From an uncultured delta proteobacterium (GTDB lineage: Bacteria > Desulfobacterota > Binatia > HRBIN30 > BPIQ01), in contig CAVXGR010000018.1 in the NCBI GenBank assembly GCA_963761335.1, forward strand, positions 288,001 through 352,000: DNA of 64,000 nucleotides, given 5' to 3'. The notes under the pieces were generated by a model. It saw only the letters and a list, made by a program, of their open reading frames with translations, was not told where the DNA came from and ran no database searches. Each line of letters opens with the position of its first letter. Within the stretch, counting starts at the first letter, position 1. The position numbers and the translations under genes are program-made. This document shows positions 46,262-56,568 of this stretch, in pieces.

Positions 46262-47655
46262 GCCGCCCGTGTCGCGCCGGTGATCAGCGCTGCCAGCTCC
46301 ATCTCGGTGGCCTGCTCGCGTGCCAGCTCCCCGACGATGCGCCCCGCACGCAGGGCGACGATGCGATCGCACAGCGCCAGCAGCTCGGGGAGCTCGCTCG
46401 ACGCCATCAGAATCGCCGCGCCGCCCTCGGCGAGATCGCCGATGACGCGGTGAATCTCTGCCTTGGCGGCGACGTCGACCCCGGCGGTGGGCTCGTCGAG
46501 GAGCAGCAGGCGCGGCGCATGGCGCAGAACCCGCGCCAGCAGCAGCTTCTGCTGGTTGCCTCCCGAGAGCGATTGGACCGGCGCCTCGCTGCCGCTGCTG
46601 CGGAGCCGCAAGCGTGCGATCCAGTCGCGGGCGACGGCGCGCTCTTGCCGCGGGTGCAGCAGCCAGCCGCTCGCCGGCAGGCAGAGGTTCTCGCGCAGGC
46701 GCAGGGCCGGCACCAGGCCCTTGCGCTTGCGATCCTCGGGAACCAGGTGCGGTGGCGCGGCGCAGCGCAGTCGCCCGCGGCGGCGCGGCCGCAGGCCGGT
46801 GACGACCTCCAGGAGCTCGCTGCGTCCTGCCCCGATCAGTCCCGCCAGGCCGACGATCTCGCCCTGGCGCAGCGACAGCGTGATGTCGCGAAGGGCGGCG
46901 CTGTCGACGCCGTCGAGCTCGAGCATCATGGCGCCCGGGGGGTGATCGCGCCGTCGTTGGGGCTCGAGATCGCGGCCGACCATGTGGCGTACCACCGCCG
47001 CGGTGTCGAGCGCGGCGACCGGAGCCGCGGCGGTCACACGACCGTCGCGCAGCACGGTGACCCGGTCGGCGAGCGACAGAACCTCGTCGATGCGGTGGCT
47101 CACGTAGACGACGCCGCTTCCCGCGGCCCGCAGATCGCGGATGGCCGCGAACAGTTGCTGCGCCTCGGCGTCGCCGAGCACCGCCGTGGGTTCGTCCAGC
47201 AGGAGAAGCTGCGGCGCGCCGGTAAAGGCACGCGCCAGCTGCACCTGCTTGGCCTGCACGGGGGAAAGCGCTCCCAGCCGCGCCCGCGGCTCACAGGCGC
47301 AGCCGATGCGGCGCAGGGCCGCCGCCGATTCGTCGCGCATCTGAGCGCGGCGCAGGAGGCGGAAGCGCCGCCGCTCGCGCCCGAGGAAGATCCACTCGGC
47401 CGCCGTGAGATCGGCAGGCAGCGCCGGGTCCTGGGGAACCCAGGCGGCGGCATCGCAGACGATGGTTCCGCGGGTCGGCCGCACGGCACCGGCAATGGCG
47501 CCCAGCAGTGTCGACTTGCCGGCGCCGTTCTCGCCGACGACGGCGTGGATCTCTCCCGCGTGAACCTCGAGGTCGACGCCGTCGAGAGCCGCGGTGGCGC
47601 CGTAGCGCACGCTGAGCTGACGAACCGATACCAGCAGAGCGCCAGCGCGGCTCAC
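46258..47655 (-). CDS. sugar ABC transporter ATP-binding protein (RbsA-like)
   Basis: GENGAGKST, LDEPT twice, VPEDRK, LSGGNQQK; GTGA overlap with tatD. Confidence 0.9.
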   Translation of the reverse strand: MSRAGALLVSVRQLSVRYGATAALDGVDLEVHAGEIHAVVGENGAGKSTLLGAIAGAVRPTRGTIVCDAAAWVPQDPALPADLTAAEWIFLGRERRRFRLLRRAQMRDESAAALRRIGCACEPRARLGALSPVQAKQVQLARAFTGAPQLLLLDEPTAVLGDAEAQQLFAAIRDLRAAGSGVVYVSHRIDEVLSLADRVTVLRDGRVTAAAPVAALDTAAVVRHMVGRDLEPQRRRDHPPGAMMLELDGVDSAALRDITLSLRQGEIVGLAGLIGAGRSELLEVVTGLRPRRRGRLRCAAPPHLVPEDRKRKGLVPALRLRENLCLPASGWLLHPRQERAVARDWIARLRLRSSGSEAPVQSLSGGNQQKLLLARVLRHAPRLLLLDEPTAGVDVAAKAEIHRVIGDLAEGGAAILMASSELPELLALCDRIVALRAGRIVGELAREQATEMELAALITGATRAA

Positions 47656-48488
47656 GTCGCCGGCGCCGGCGGCAGGCGGAAGAGCCGCCGCGTATTCTCC
47701 GCCGCTGTGGTCGCCAGCGCCGCAAGAGAGGTGCCGCGAACCTGCGACAGGTGCTCCGCCGTGTGCAGCACGAAGGCGGGCTCGTTGCGCTGCCCGCGAC
47801 GCGGCACCGGCGCCAGAAATGGCGCGTCGGTCTCCACCATGAGCCGGTCCTCCGGTGTCATCCGCGCCGCGGCGCGCAGCTCGTCGGCGTTCCTGAAGGT
47901 GACGATGCCGCTGAACGACAGGTGAAACCCGAGGTCGAGAAACGTGCGGGCGTTCTCCCGATCTCCCGAGAAGCAGTGGATGACGCCGCCATTCTCGCCG
48001 GCTCTCTCCTCGCGCAGGATGCGGGCGCAGACGTCGTAGGCGTCGCGCAGGTGCACCACCAGCGGCAGGCGGCGCTTGCGCGCCAGGTCGACGAAGCGGC
48101 GCAGGGCGTCCTCCTGCGCCGGCCGCGGCGAGTTGTCGTAGTAGAAGTCCAGGCCGGTCTCGCCGATGGCGACCACCTTCGGGCTCTCCGCCAGGCGTTC
48201 GATCTCCGCCAGTGAGGTATCGTCCACCGTGCGGGCGTCGTGCGGGTGGATGCCGACGGTCGCGTAGATGTCGTCGTGCTCCGCGGCGAGGGCCACGGCG
48301 CGATGGTTGCACTCCATCGGGCCGCCGGCGCCGATGGTGACCATCGGCGTCACCCCGGCGGTACGGGCGCGCTCGATCACCGCATCGCGATCCGGGTCGA
48401 AACGCTCCACGTCGAGGTGGCAATGGGAATCGATCGCGGTGACGCCGGCGGCGAGCTCCGGCAGCCGCATCGACGGCGCCGCGCCCAT
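47652..48488 (-). CDS. tatD: TatD family hydrolase
   Basis: DSHCH, GIHPH, IGETGLD, HCFSG, ETDAPFLAP. Confidence 0.93.
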   Translation of the reverse strand: MGAAPSMRLPELAAGVTAIDSHCHLDVERFDPDRDAVIERARTAGVTPMVTIGAGGPMECNHRAVALAAEHDDIYATVGIHPHDARTVDDTSLAEIERLAESPKVVAIGETGLDFYYDNSPRPAQEDALRRFVDLARKRRLPLVVHLRDAYDVCARILREERAGENGGVIHCFSGDRENARTFLDLGFHLSFSGIVTFRNADELRAAARMTPEDRLMVETDAPFLAPVPRRGQRNEPAFVLHTAEHLSQVRGTSLAALATTAAENTRRLFRLPPAPAT

Positions 48489-48490
48489 GG

Positions 48491-50026
48491 TCAGACGCTC
48501 GCCTCCACCTCGATGCGGGGGAAGAGAATTTCCGGCTTCTCGACGCGGTCGCCCGGTGCGAAATGCCGGCCCCACTCGGGATCGCTGCCCGGGGCTCTGT
48601 CGGCGTCGCCCGGGCGTCCCAACAAGCGGAGGATGCGGGCGCTGGTGTCGGGCATGGCCGCGTGGATGAGGACGGCGCTGAGGCGCAGCGCCTCGAGCAG
48701 GTGGTGAAGGATGGCGCCGACACGCGGCCGCTGCGCCTCATCCTTGGCCAGGGTGAAGGGTGCGGTCACGACGATGTACTTGTTGGCGTGGTCGATGGCG
48801 CGCCAGATGCTCTCCAGCGCTCGGTGAAAGGACATCTGCTCGATGTACGCCGGGCTTTCGCGCAAGGCCGTGGTGAAGGCGGCGATCAGCTCCCGGTCCT
48901 CCGCGGTCGGCTCCTGTACGGCCTGCACCTCGCCGCCGAAGTAGCGCTGCTGCATCGACAACGTGCGGCTGACCAGATTGCCGAGGTTGTTGGCGAGATC
49001 GGCGTTGATGCGGGTCACCAGCGCGTCCTCGGTGAAGGAGGCGTCGTGGCCGTAGGCCATCTCCCGCAGCAGGAAGTAGCGGACGGCCTCCATGCCGAAG
49101 CGATCGCGCAGTGCCAGCGGTCGGATGACGTTGCCGAGGCTCTTCGACATCTTGCTCTCGCCCATGGTCCACCAGCCGTGGACGACGAGCTGCTTGTAGA
49201 GCGGTAGATCCGCTGCCATCAGCATGGTGCTCCAGAACACGCCGTGCGGCTTGATGATGTCCTTGCCGATGATGTGGTGCACCTGCGGCCAGAAGCGCTG
49301 AAAGGTCTCCTCGCCCACCTGCTTGAGACCGCTGACGTAGTTGATCAGGGCATCGAACCACACATAGGTGATGAAGTTCGGGTCGAAGGGCAGCTCGATG
49401 CCCCAGTGGACGCGCGACTTCGGGCGGGAGATGCAGAGGTCGGAGAGCGCCTCGCCGCGCAGCAGCCCGATCACCTCGTTGCGGTAGGCGTCGGGAACGA
49501 TGGTCTCCGGATGGGCCTCGAGGTGCCGCAGCAGGGGCTCCTGGTAGCGGGACATGCGGAAGAAGTAGTTCTCCTCCTCGATGAGCTCGGGCGGACGCAG
49601 ATGTTCCGGGCACTTGCCGTCGACCAGCTCCTTTTCCGTGTAGAAACGCTCGCAGCCCGTGCAGTAGAGCCCGCCGTAGCGATCGAAGTAGATGTCGCCC
49701 TTGGCGTGGACGCGCGTGAGGATGTCCTGCACGACGCGAACGTGGGCCGGATCGGTGGTGCGGATGAAGTGATCGTAGGAGATGCCGCAGGCCTCCCAGG
49801 TCCGCCGGAAGGTGGCGGCGATGTCGTCGGCGAACTGGCGTGGGGAGACGCCGGCGGCGGCGGCGGCGCGCGCCACCTTGTCGCCGTGCTCGTCGGTGCC
49901 GGTGAGAAAAAAGGTCTCTTCGCGCAGGCGCCAGTGGCGGGCCAGGGTGTCACACACCACCATCTCGTAGAGATGTCCGATGTGCGGCTCGGCGTTGACG
50001 TACGGCAGGGCCGTGGTGACGTACAT
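48491..50026 (-). CDS. metG: methionine--tRNA ligase (short form)
   Basis: HIGH, TGTDEHG, YVWFDAL, KMSKS, LFPRI. Confidence 0.96.
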   Translation of the reverse strand: MYVTTALPYVNAEPHIGHLYEMVVCDTLARHWRLREETFFLTGTDEHGDKVARAAAAAGVSPRQFADDIAATFRRTWEACGISYDHFIRTTDPAHVRVVQDILTRVHAKGDIYFDRYGGLYCTGCERFYTEKELVDGKCPEHLRPPELIEEENYFFRMSRYQEPLLRHLEAHPETIVPDAYRNEVIGLLRGEALSDLCISRPKSRVHWGIELPFDPNFITYVWFDALINYVSGLKQVGEETFQRFWPQVHHIIGKDIIKPHGVFWSTMLMAADLPLYKQLVVHGWWTMGESKMSKSLGNVIRPLALRDRFGMEAVRYFLLREMAYGHDASFTEDALVTRINADLANNLGNLVSRTLSMQQRYFGGEVQAVQEPTAEDRELIAAFTTALRESPAYIEQMSFHRALESIWRAIDHANKYIVVTAPFTLAKDEAQRPRVGAILHHLLEALRLSAVLIHAAMPDTSARILRLLGRPGDADRAPGSDPEWGRHFAPGDRVEKPEILFPRIEVEASV

Positions 50027-50045
50027 GGGGGCGGCTCTGCCTCCC

Positions 50046-50867
50046 TCAGTCGGGCTTCTTCTGGACCAGGTCCTCGAGGGTGGCCTCGGCCTCGCCGCCC
50101 GCGTCGAGGCGGAGAAGCACCGTCTGCTTGAGGATGTGGCGACGCACCACCGTGCCGTCGCCCTTGACCGAGACCACGTGGCGGCCGATCTCCGGCAGGG
50201 CGCGCCCGAGCTCGACGTAGGTGTCGTACTCGTAGCGCAGGCAGCACTTCAGCCGCCCGCACATGCCGGCCAGCTTCGAGGGGTTCGGCGACAGGCCCTG
50301 CTCCTTGGCCATCTTCACCGAGACGGCGCCGAAGTCGCGCAGAAAGCTCGAGCAGCACAGCTCACGGCCGCAGGGGCCGACGCCGCCGATCAGCTTGGTC
50401 TCGTCGCGAGCGCCGATCTGCTTCATCTCGATGCGGGTGTGCAGCGCATGCGCCAGATCGCGGACCAGCTGGCGGAAGTCGACCCGTCCCGGGGCGGCGA
50501 AGTAGAAGACGATCTTCGAGCCGTCGAACAGGCGATCCGCCTTGATCAGCTTCATCGGCAGCCGGAGCTCCTGCACCCTCTGCAGGCAGGTGCGCAGGGC
50601 GTCGCGGGCGCGCAGGTGATTGGCGTCGTCGCGGGCGAAGTCCTCGGGCTCGGCCCTGCGGATCACCCGCCGCGGCTGGGCGCTCTCCTCGACCGAGACC
50701 GGCGCCAGCACGACGGTACCCAGCGCGATGCCCTGGTCGGTGGGGACGATCACCTGATCGCCGCGCCCGAGAGTCAGAGAGGCGGCGTTGTAGGTGAAGG
50801 CCCGGCCGTCCTCGATACGCACCACCACGTGCAGGGGCGAGGAGTCGGCGGTCGGCTCCAGCTCCAT
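50046..50867 (-). CDS. PSP1 domain protein (YaaT/RicT-like)
   Basis: RVDFR.LVRDLA, CGRELCC, GMCGRLKCCL.YE. Confidence 0.92.
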   Translation of the reverse strand: MELEPTADSSPLHVVVRIEDGRAFTYNAASLTLGRGDQVIVPTDQGIALGTVVLAPVSVEESAQPRRVIRRAEPEDFARDDANHLRARDALRTCLQRVQELRLPMKLIKADRLFDGSKIVFYFAAPGRVDFRQLVRDLAHALHTRIEMKQIGARDETKLIGGVGPCGRELCCSSFLRDFGAVSVKMAKEQGLSPNPSKLAGMCGRLKCCLRYEYDTYVELGRALPEIGRHVVSVKGDGTVVRRHILKQTVLLRLDAGGEAEATLEDLVQKKPD

Positions 50868-50870
50868 GGC

Positions 50871-51827
50871 CTAGACCCGCGCCAGCTGCAGGAAAACCGA
50901 TTCGAGCAGCAGCTGCCGGTTCGGGTTGCGCCGGCGCAGCGCCTCGAGCGCCTCGACGACCGTCTCTGCACGGCGGGACAGCGCCGCCAGCGCCGTGTTC
51001 TCGGCCGCCTCGGCCAGCGGGCCGGCGTCCTGGCGATAGCGCCGCAGCAGCCACTCGAGGGCAATCGACGTCATCTCCTCGGTGCGCGAGAGGTCAGTGG
51101 CCATTTTCACGAGCGCACCATATCGAGCCCCCGGAAGACGCGCAAGGCGACTCTGCAGCGACTCGCGCACCTCGGGGGGCAGCAGCCTGCGCAGGCGCAG
51201 GGCGCGCCCGGGGCTGCCGTCGGCGAACAGCGCCAGGTCGTCGATCTCCTGGCTCGGTACCTGCAGGCGGATCTCGAGCACCTGGCGGAGCACGCCGTCG
51301 GCGAGAGGGGCGAACATCAGGCGCTGGCAGCGCGAGCGCACCGTGGGCAGGAGGGCGTCGGCATTGTGGGCGACGAGGATGACCACCGCTCCGGGCGGCG
51401 GCTCCTCGAGCCCTTTGAGGAGAGCGTTCTGTCCCGCCAGGTTGAGGAGGTGGGCGTCGTCGAGGATGGCGGCCTTGCGGGCGGCGTGCACCGGCTGCAG
51501 GCGCAGGAACTGGTTCAGATCGCGCACCCGATCGATGGGAATCTCCCGCTTGTTGCGCGGCAAAGTGACGATCATCACGTCCGCGTGTGCCCCGGCAGCG
51601 TACTGGCGACACCCGGCGCAGACGCCGCACGGCTCCTCGGCCGCCTCTCGCCCGCCGCCCGCCGCCCGCTCGCAGGCAATGGCGTTGACCAGAGCGTCGG
51701 CGACCATGCGCTTGCCGATGCCGGCGGGGCCGGCGAACAGCAGCGCGTGCGCCAGTCGGTCGCCGGCGAGGGCGCGGCGCAGGAAGTCGATCTGGCGGGC
51801 GTGCCCCGCGAGGTCGCCGAAACGCAT
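50871..51827 (-). CDS. holB: DNA polymerase III delta' subunit
   Basis: HALLFAGPAGIGK, CGVCAGC, NALLKGLEEPP, LPTVRSRC. Confidence 0.93.
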   Translation of the reverse strand: MRFGDLAGHARQIDFLRRALAGDRLAHALLFAGPAGIGKRMVADALVNAIACERAAGGGREAAEEPCGVCAGCRQYAAGAHADVMIVTLPRNKREIPIDRVRDLNQFLRLQPVHAARKAAILDDAHLLNLAGQNALLKGLEEPPPGAVVILVAHNADALLPTVRSRCQRLMFAPLADGVLRQVLEIRLQVPSQEIDDLALFADGSPGRALRLRRLLPPEVRESLQSRLARLPGARYGALVKMATDLSRTEEMTSIALEWLLRRYRQDAGPLAEAAENTALAALSRRAETVVEALEALRRRNPNRQLLLESVFLQLARV

Positions 51828-52480
51828 CAGCGCAGCGGCCGCGCTTCCGCCGCGGCCGCGCTCCGGGCGCCGTCTGCCGACAGCAGCTCGTCGACGCGGG
51901 CGGCGATGCGGGCGTGGATGGCGTCGGGCGGATTCTCGCCGTCGAGGCGCAGGACGTAGCGCCCCTCGATCCGATCGAAGATGGCGGCGCACTTCGCCAG
52001 CTCCGCCTCCTTCTCGAAGAGGTTGGCGGCGACGCCGCGTTGCTCGATGCGCTCCATCGCTGTGGCCGGCGAGATCTTCAGGAGGATGAGGAGATCCGGG
52101 ACCGGCGCAAAGACCTGGTTGCGCTCGAGGATCTCTTCCGGGTCGAGGCCGCGGGCTCCCTGGTAGGCGGCGGTCGAGAAGTAGTAGCGGTCGACGATCA
52201 CCGCTTCGCCGGCCGCCAGCGCCGGTGCGATCTCCTTCTCGACGTGCTCGCGGCGGTCCTCAATGAACAGCTCCAGCTCGGCGGTGGCATCGAGGCGCCC
52301 GCGGGTGGCCGACTCGCGGAGCCGGCGGCCGAATGGGCCGTTGGTCGGCTCCTTGGTGCTGCGCACCGAGATCCCCCGGGAGGAGAGGAAGTCGCGAAGC
52401 ATGCTCGCCTGCGTCGTCTTGCCGGCGCCGTCGATCCCCTCGATGGCAATGAGGAGGCCGCGCCTGTTTCTGCCGCCCAT
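51827..52480 (-). CDS. tmk: thymidylate kinase
   Basis: EGIDGAGKTT, DRYYFSTAAYQG. Confidence 0.95.
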   Translation of the reverse strand: MGGRNRRGLLIAIEGIDGAGKTTQASMLRDFLSSRGISVRSTKEPTNGPFGRRLRESATRGRLDATAELELFIEDRREHVEKEIAPALAAGEAVIVDRYYFSTAAYQGARGLDPEEILERNQVFAPVPDLLILLKISPATAMERIEQRGVAANLFEKEAELAKCAAIFDRIEGRYVLRLDGENPPDAIHARIAARVDELLSADGARSAAAAEARPLR

Positions 52481-52495
52481 CTCAGCGCTCGGCGG

Positions 52496-52885
52496 TCACT
52501 TGCCGCCTTGGTCGTCTCCCTGCTCGAGAACCAGCCCGATGCCGTAGAGCAGCTGCTTGGTGGTGAACGGCTTGGTGATGTAGTAGTCCGCCCCGAACTG
52601 GTAGCCGCTGATCACGTCGTCATCCTGGGTCTTCGCGGTCACCAGGATCACCGGGATCTGCGCTGTCTCCGGCGACTGCTTGAGGCGCTGCAATACCTCC
52701 AGGCCGCTCATCTCCGGCATCATCACGTCGAGGAGAATCAGCTCCGGAGGCTCGGCAGCGACGGCGTCGAGCGCCTCGCGACCGCTCTCGGCGGAGATCA
52801 CGGTGTGACCGCGAGATTCGAGGGTGCTGCGCAGGATGGTGACCGCGTCGGGATTGTCGTCCACCACCAGGATCTTGTGACCCAT
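52496..52885 (-). CDS. single-domain response regulator
   Basis: ILVVDD, LLDVMMP, TAK, YITKPF. Confidence 0.92.
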   Translation of the reverse strand: MGHKILVVDDNPDAVTILRSTLESRGHTVISAESGREALDAVAAEPPELILLDVMMPEMSGLEVLQRLKQSPETAQIPVILVTAKTQDDDVISGYQFGADYYITKPFTTKQLLYGIGLVLEQGDDQGGK

Positions 52886-52970
52886 CGATTTCTCCTCCGC
52901 TCGCCGGTTATCACGCTCTGCGGCCGGTAGACAGCCTTCGCCGCGCCCCACCCCGGAGCGAGCGGTGGCG

Positions 52971-53336
52971 TCAGCCGAGATACTTGCGCACCATCTCCCT
53001 GATCTGTGACGGCCGTGCCGGCTTGGCGAGATAGTCGTCGCATCCGGCGGCTCGCGCCTGCTCCTCGTCACCCCGCATCGCAAATGCGGTGAGGGCGATG
53101 ACCGGTGTCGCCCGGAGATCGCCGTCGGCCTTGATCTGTTTGGTCGCCTCCCATCCATCGAGCCCGGGTAACGCCAGGTCCATGAGGATGAGGTCGGGCT
53201 TCCAGGTTCGCGCCTGGGCGACGGCGGCGTCGCCGTTGGTCGCCTCCGCCACCTCGTAGCCGTCCACAGAAAGAATCTTCGAGACGATCCGTCGATTATC
53301 GTCGTCATCCTCGACGACCAGTACCCGCTTGGCCAT
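52971..53336 (-). CDS. single-domain response regulator (DivK-like)
   Basis: VLVVEDD, LMDLALP, ALTAFAMRGD, GCDDYLAKP. Confidence 0.92.
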   Translation of the reverse strand: MAKRVLVVEDDDDNRRIVSKILSVDGYEVAEATNGDAAVAQARTWKPDLILMDLALPGLDGWEATKQIKADGDLRATPVIALTAFAMRGDEEQARAAGCDDYLAKPARPSQIREMVRKYLG

Positions 53337-53403
53337 GCTCCAGTCTACAATGGGCCCGGTTTTGGACGCAAACTTGTCCGACCACATGCCGATAAAGAAA
53401 TTC

Positions 53404-54501
53404 TTACTCGAATCGCTGCACCCAGCCGCGCGGCTCGAGGCGGTGCGGCAGCAATCCGGGGAACGCCTGGTCGGCGGTGCGCAAGCAGACGGCGCACGCG
53501 GCGATGCCGCCGTCTCCCCAGAGCTCGAGGGGCGGTTGCCCTGCCCACAGCCCGCCGAGAATCAGGGTGCTCGCTCCGGCCTCGATGCGCACCCCCTCGA
53601 CGGCGATCACCAGGCCGCGGAACTCGAGCCGTCCATCCACCTGTAGGCGGCCGCGCACCAGGAGAAGGCCGGCGCCGCTCCAGCTGCCGGCGAGCGCCGC
53701 GTCGGAGTCGATCACGGTCACTTGCGGTGCCTCCGAGGTTCCCGCGGAGAGATCGACCGGCAGGTCGGGGGCGGCGTAATGCGTCGCTGGCGGCGCTGCG
53801 GCGATGCGGGCCGCGAGTGGTGTCAGCTCGATGGCCGCATGGCCGAGGCTGGGCGTCCCACCAGCGCCGGGGAGATGGGTTGCCTCGGCGGCATCCAGCT
53901 GGGCGCCGACCTGTGCCGCTGCCGCCGCACTTGGCAGGGCCAGGGCCGGCAGCGGCGGCGCCGCGCCGGAGGCGGATCCAAAGGAGTCGTCGCTGGTGTG
54001 ATCGAAGCCGCTGATCCGGAAGCTGGAGGAGCCGAAGCTGGGGACGACGGGCGAAGCGGCATAGGCCGCCGCCGGTGCGTACGGATCGGCGCTGGGTACC
54101 AGGGTTGCCTCGAGGACGGCGACGGCGCCTGCGAAGCCGCTGCCGATGGACTGCAGCTGTAGCGCTTTGCCGGGGCCGCGCTGGAGGCGGAGCTCGAAGC
54201 GGGCCGGTGCCACGGGCTGGTAGCCGATCGGGTATGGATATAGGCCATCGTCGGCTGTGCCGCTGATGCCGTCCGGTCCGTCGAGCAGCCTGTCGGCGTC
54301 GGCGGTCGGCGGCAGCGCCGCGATTGCCCATTCCAGTGCCCCGTCGGCCGCGTAGAACGCCTCGGTGGCGCCACGAAGACTCTGCTCGATCAGCAGGTCG
54401 TTGCGGGCTTGCAGTACGGCGAGAGCCCCGAGCGGCATCAGCAGGGCAATGACCGAGAGCACCAGCGGCAGGGCGCTGCCGCGCTGGTCACCGCGGCGCA
54501 T
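53404..54501 (-). CDS. PilX-like minor pilin
   Basis: QRG|SALPLVL N-terminus lacking Glu5, AFYAADG; last gene of the pilin operon. Confidence 0.75.
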   Translation of the reverse strand: MRRGDQRGSALPLVLSVIALLMPLGALAVLQARNDLLIEQSLRGATEAFYAADGALEWAIAALPPTADADRLLDGPDGISGTADDGLYPYPIGYQPVAPARFELRLQRGPGKALQLQSIGSGFAGAVAVLEATLVPSADPYAPAAAYAASPVVPSFGSSSFRISGFDHTSDDSFGSASGAAPPLPALALPSAAAAAQVGAQLDAAEATHLPGAGGTPSLGHAAIELTPLAARIAAAPPATHYAAPDLPVDLSAGTSEAPQVTVIDSDAALAGSWSGAGLLLVRGRLQVDGRLEFRGLVIAVEGVRIEAGASTLILGGLWAGQPPLELWGDGGIAACAVCLRTADQAFPGLLPHRLEPRGWVQRFE

Positions 54502-55093
54502 TGCGCAAGACCACGCTGCTGCGCACGCTGGTGCGCGCCGGCGGTAGATGTGAGGAGTCGCGGCTGGGGACGGCGACGGTGAAGGCGATGTCGACGCGGC
54601 ACACGGCGGCGCGCTGCGCCTCATCGAGGCTGCCCGCACCGGGTGTCAGCTCCTCTCCCGAGGTATCGAAGTAGGAGAAGTGCAGGCTGCCCGCTTCGAG
54701 TGAGCTGGCGAGGGGTTGGGGCGGTGCATTTCCCGATGCCCGGGTCAGGGTGGTGCCGGCCGCGTCCGTACCGTAGGCGACGGTCTCATTGGCATCATCG
54801 GCGTCGCCGTCGCCATTCAGATCGGTGCGCATCGAGAGGCGCGTCGGCTCGGCCGCGGTGAGCCCGGGCCACAGCGGCGCCGTCTCGCCGTAGCCGGCGG
54901 CACGCAGGTCGCATGCCAGTAGGTCGAGAGCGAGGGCGGCGGTCTCCTGGGAGTCGCTGCGCGCCTGCTGCACTCTGCTGCTGCGCAGACATGAGCGGGT
55001 GAAGCCGCAGACGAGGGTCGCGAGAAGGCCGGCGAATCCCGCGGCAACCATCACCTCGACCAGCGAGGCGCCGCGCACCCGTTTGGGGCTCAC
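54488..55093 (-). CDS. PilW-like minor pilin
   Basis: RG|ASLVEVMV class III signal, DLRAAGY, DLNGDG. Confidence 0.8.
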   Translation of the reverse strand: MSPKRVRGASLVEVMVAAGFAGLLATLVCGFTRSCLRSSRVQQARSDSQETAALALDLLACDLRAAGYGETAPLWPGLTAAEPTRLSMRTDLNGDGDADDANETVAYGTDAAGTTLTRASGNAPPQPLASSLEAGSLHFSYFDTSGEELTPGAGSLDEAQRAAVCRVDIAFTVAVPSRDSSHLPPARTSVRSSVVLRNAPR

Positions 55094-55470
55094 CGTCGCA
55101 CCACGGTGCGCAGCGCCAGCCTTTGCGGCGCCGGGTCGTCCCACTCGACGATCACCTCGACCTGTCGCAATGCCAGCTCGCCGCCAGTGGGTGAGGCGCT
55201 CCAGCTGCGGCGAAAGGGACCGGTCGTGTCGGCGCCGCCGCCGTCGGCAGCGCCGCCGCGCTCGAGCGCCTCCTCCGCCAGTCGCATGGCGCGCATCCGG
55301 CAGCCGCTGCGCCACTGGAGGCGTTGCGCCGCCATCAGGCTCTGCGTCAGGGCCAGCGCCGAGACAGCCAGTAGGCCGAGCGCGACGACCACCTCGACGA
55401 CGGTGAAGGCGGCGTCTCGTGCCCGCTGCCGGCGCCGGGCTCTGCCTCTGCGAAGCGGTTCCGGGCTCAT
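55090..55470 (-). CDS. PilV-like minor pilin
   Basis: AA|FTVVEVVVALGLL; LRQVEVIVEW. Confidence 0.78.
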   Translation of the reverse strand: MSPEPLRRGRARRRQRARDAAFTVVEVVVALGLLAVSALALTQSLMAAQRLQWRSGCRMRAMRLAEEALERGGAADGGGADTTGPFRRSWSASPTGGELALRQVEVIVEWDDPAPQRLALRTVVRR

Positions 55471-55907
55471 TGGCTCCGTACCCGCCCGACGATATCGACG
55501 ATCACGGTCCGGCGCCGGCCGTTGGGCGCCTCGAGGACGACCGAGCCGAAGGTGGAGGCGGTGCCGCGGGCGGTGAAACCAATGGCGTCGCCGGCGGCGC
55601 TGCAGTCGACGAGGTCGATGGTCGGGGGGAGGGCGATCTCGATGCCGTCGTCCTCGTAGCCGCTGCCGGCGCGCTGCTGGCGGCGGTAGGTGTCGCGCTC
55701 TGGGGCGAAGGCCAGGCGGCGGCTGCGGTGCTGGCGCAGCGCCTGCGCCCGCGTCTGGCGGAGCGCCGCCATTACCTGTCGAGCGGCGGCGTCCAGACGG
55801 AAATCGGGCAGCCATGCCTGCGCCCGCCAGACCGCAATCGCGGCCAGCGCGGCGGCGATGCCGAGAGCGACGATGAGCTCGAGAAGAGTGAGTCCGCGCG
55901 CTTCCAT
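55467..55907 (-). CDS. FimT/GspH-like pseudopilin
   Basis: RG|LTLLELIVAL, IGFTARG, VDIVGRVR. Confidence 0.85.
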   Translation of the reverse strand: MEARGLTLLELIVALGIAAALAAIAVWRAQAWLPDFRLDAAARQVMAALRQTRAQALRQHRSRRLAFAPERDTYRRQQRAGSGYEDDGIEIALPPTIDLVDCSAAGDAIGFTARGTASTFGSVVLEAPNGRRRTVIVDIVGRVRSQ

Positions 55908-56043
55908 GCGCCTGCCTCCTTGCAGTGAGTCTCGTGTACTACGACAGCTGCCGCGCGGCAACGGCCAATTTGCGGCCGGGGAGCGCTCCCCGCTTGACCG
56001 CAACTTGGGCCCGTGGTTCGAAGATGCCGGAGAGGATGCCGCC

Positions 56044-56541
56044 GTGCCGCTCGAGATCCGCTTGGCCCGCCCCGACGACCTGCCGCGGCTCACAGAGATC
56101 TACAACTACTACGTGCGCGAGACGGCCATCACCTTCGACGTCGAGGAGTACACCGTGGAGACCCGCAGGCCGTGGCTCGAGCATCATGCCGAGAGCGGGC
56201 GGCACCAGCTGCTGGTGGCGATCGAGGATGGCGTTCTCGCCGGCTTTGCCGGCACCGGCCCGTTTCGCCCCAAGCGCGCTTACGAGACGAGCGTCGAGAT
56301 GACCATCTATCTCGATCGCTCCGCCGTCGGCCGCGGAATCGGCACGGCTCTCTACGGAGAGCTGCTGCCGCGCCTGGAGCGCGAAGACGTGCACCGCGCC
56401 CTCGCCGGTATCACTCTTCCCAACCCCGGCAGCATCGCTCTGCACCAGCGCTTCGGCTTTCGCCAGGTGGCGCACTTCACCGAGAATGGGCGCAAGCTCG
56501 GGCGTTACTGGGACGTGGTCTGGCTGGAGAAGGAGTTCTGA
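56044..56541 (+). CDS. GNAT N-acetyltransferase (phosphinothricin acetyltransferase/YncA-like)
   Basis: EIYNYYV..T.ITFD, GRGIG..LY, PNPGS..LH..FGF, G.K.GRYWDV. Confidence 0.9.
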   Translation: MPLEIRLARPDDLPRLTEIYNYYVRETAITFDVEEYTVETRRPWLEHHAESGRHQLLVAIEDGVLAGFAGTGPFRPKRAYETSVEMTIYLDRSAVGRGIGTALYGELLPRLEREDVHRALAGITLPNPGSIALHQRFGFRQVAHFTENGRKLGRYWDVVWLEKEF

Positions 56542-56568
56542 CCACGCACGGGGCAGGCTCCCTGCTTT

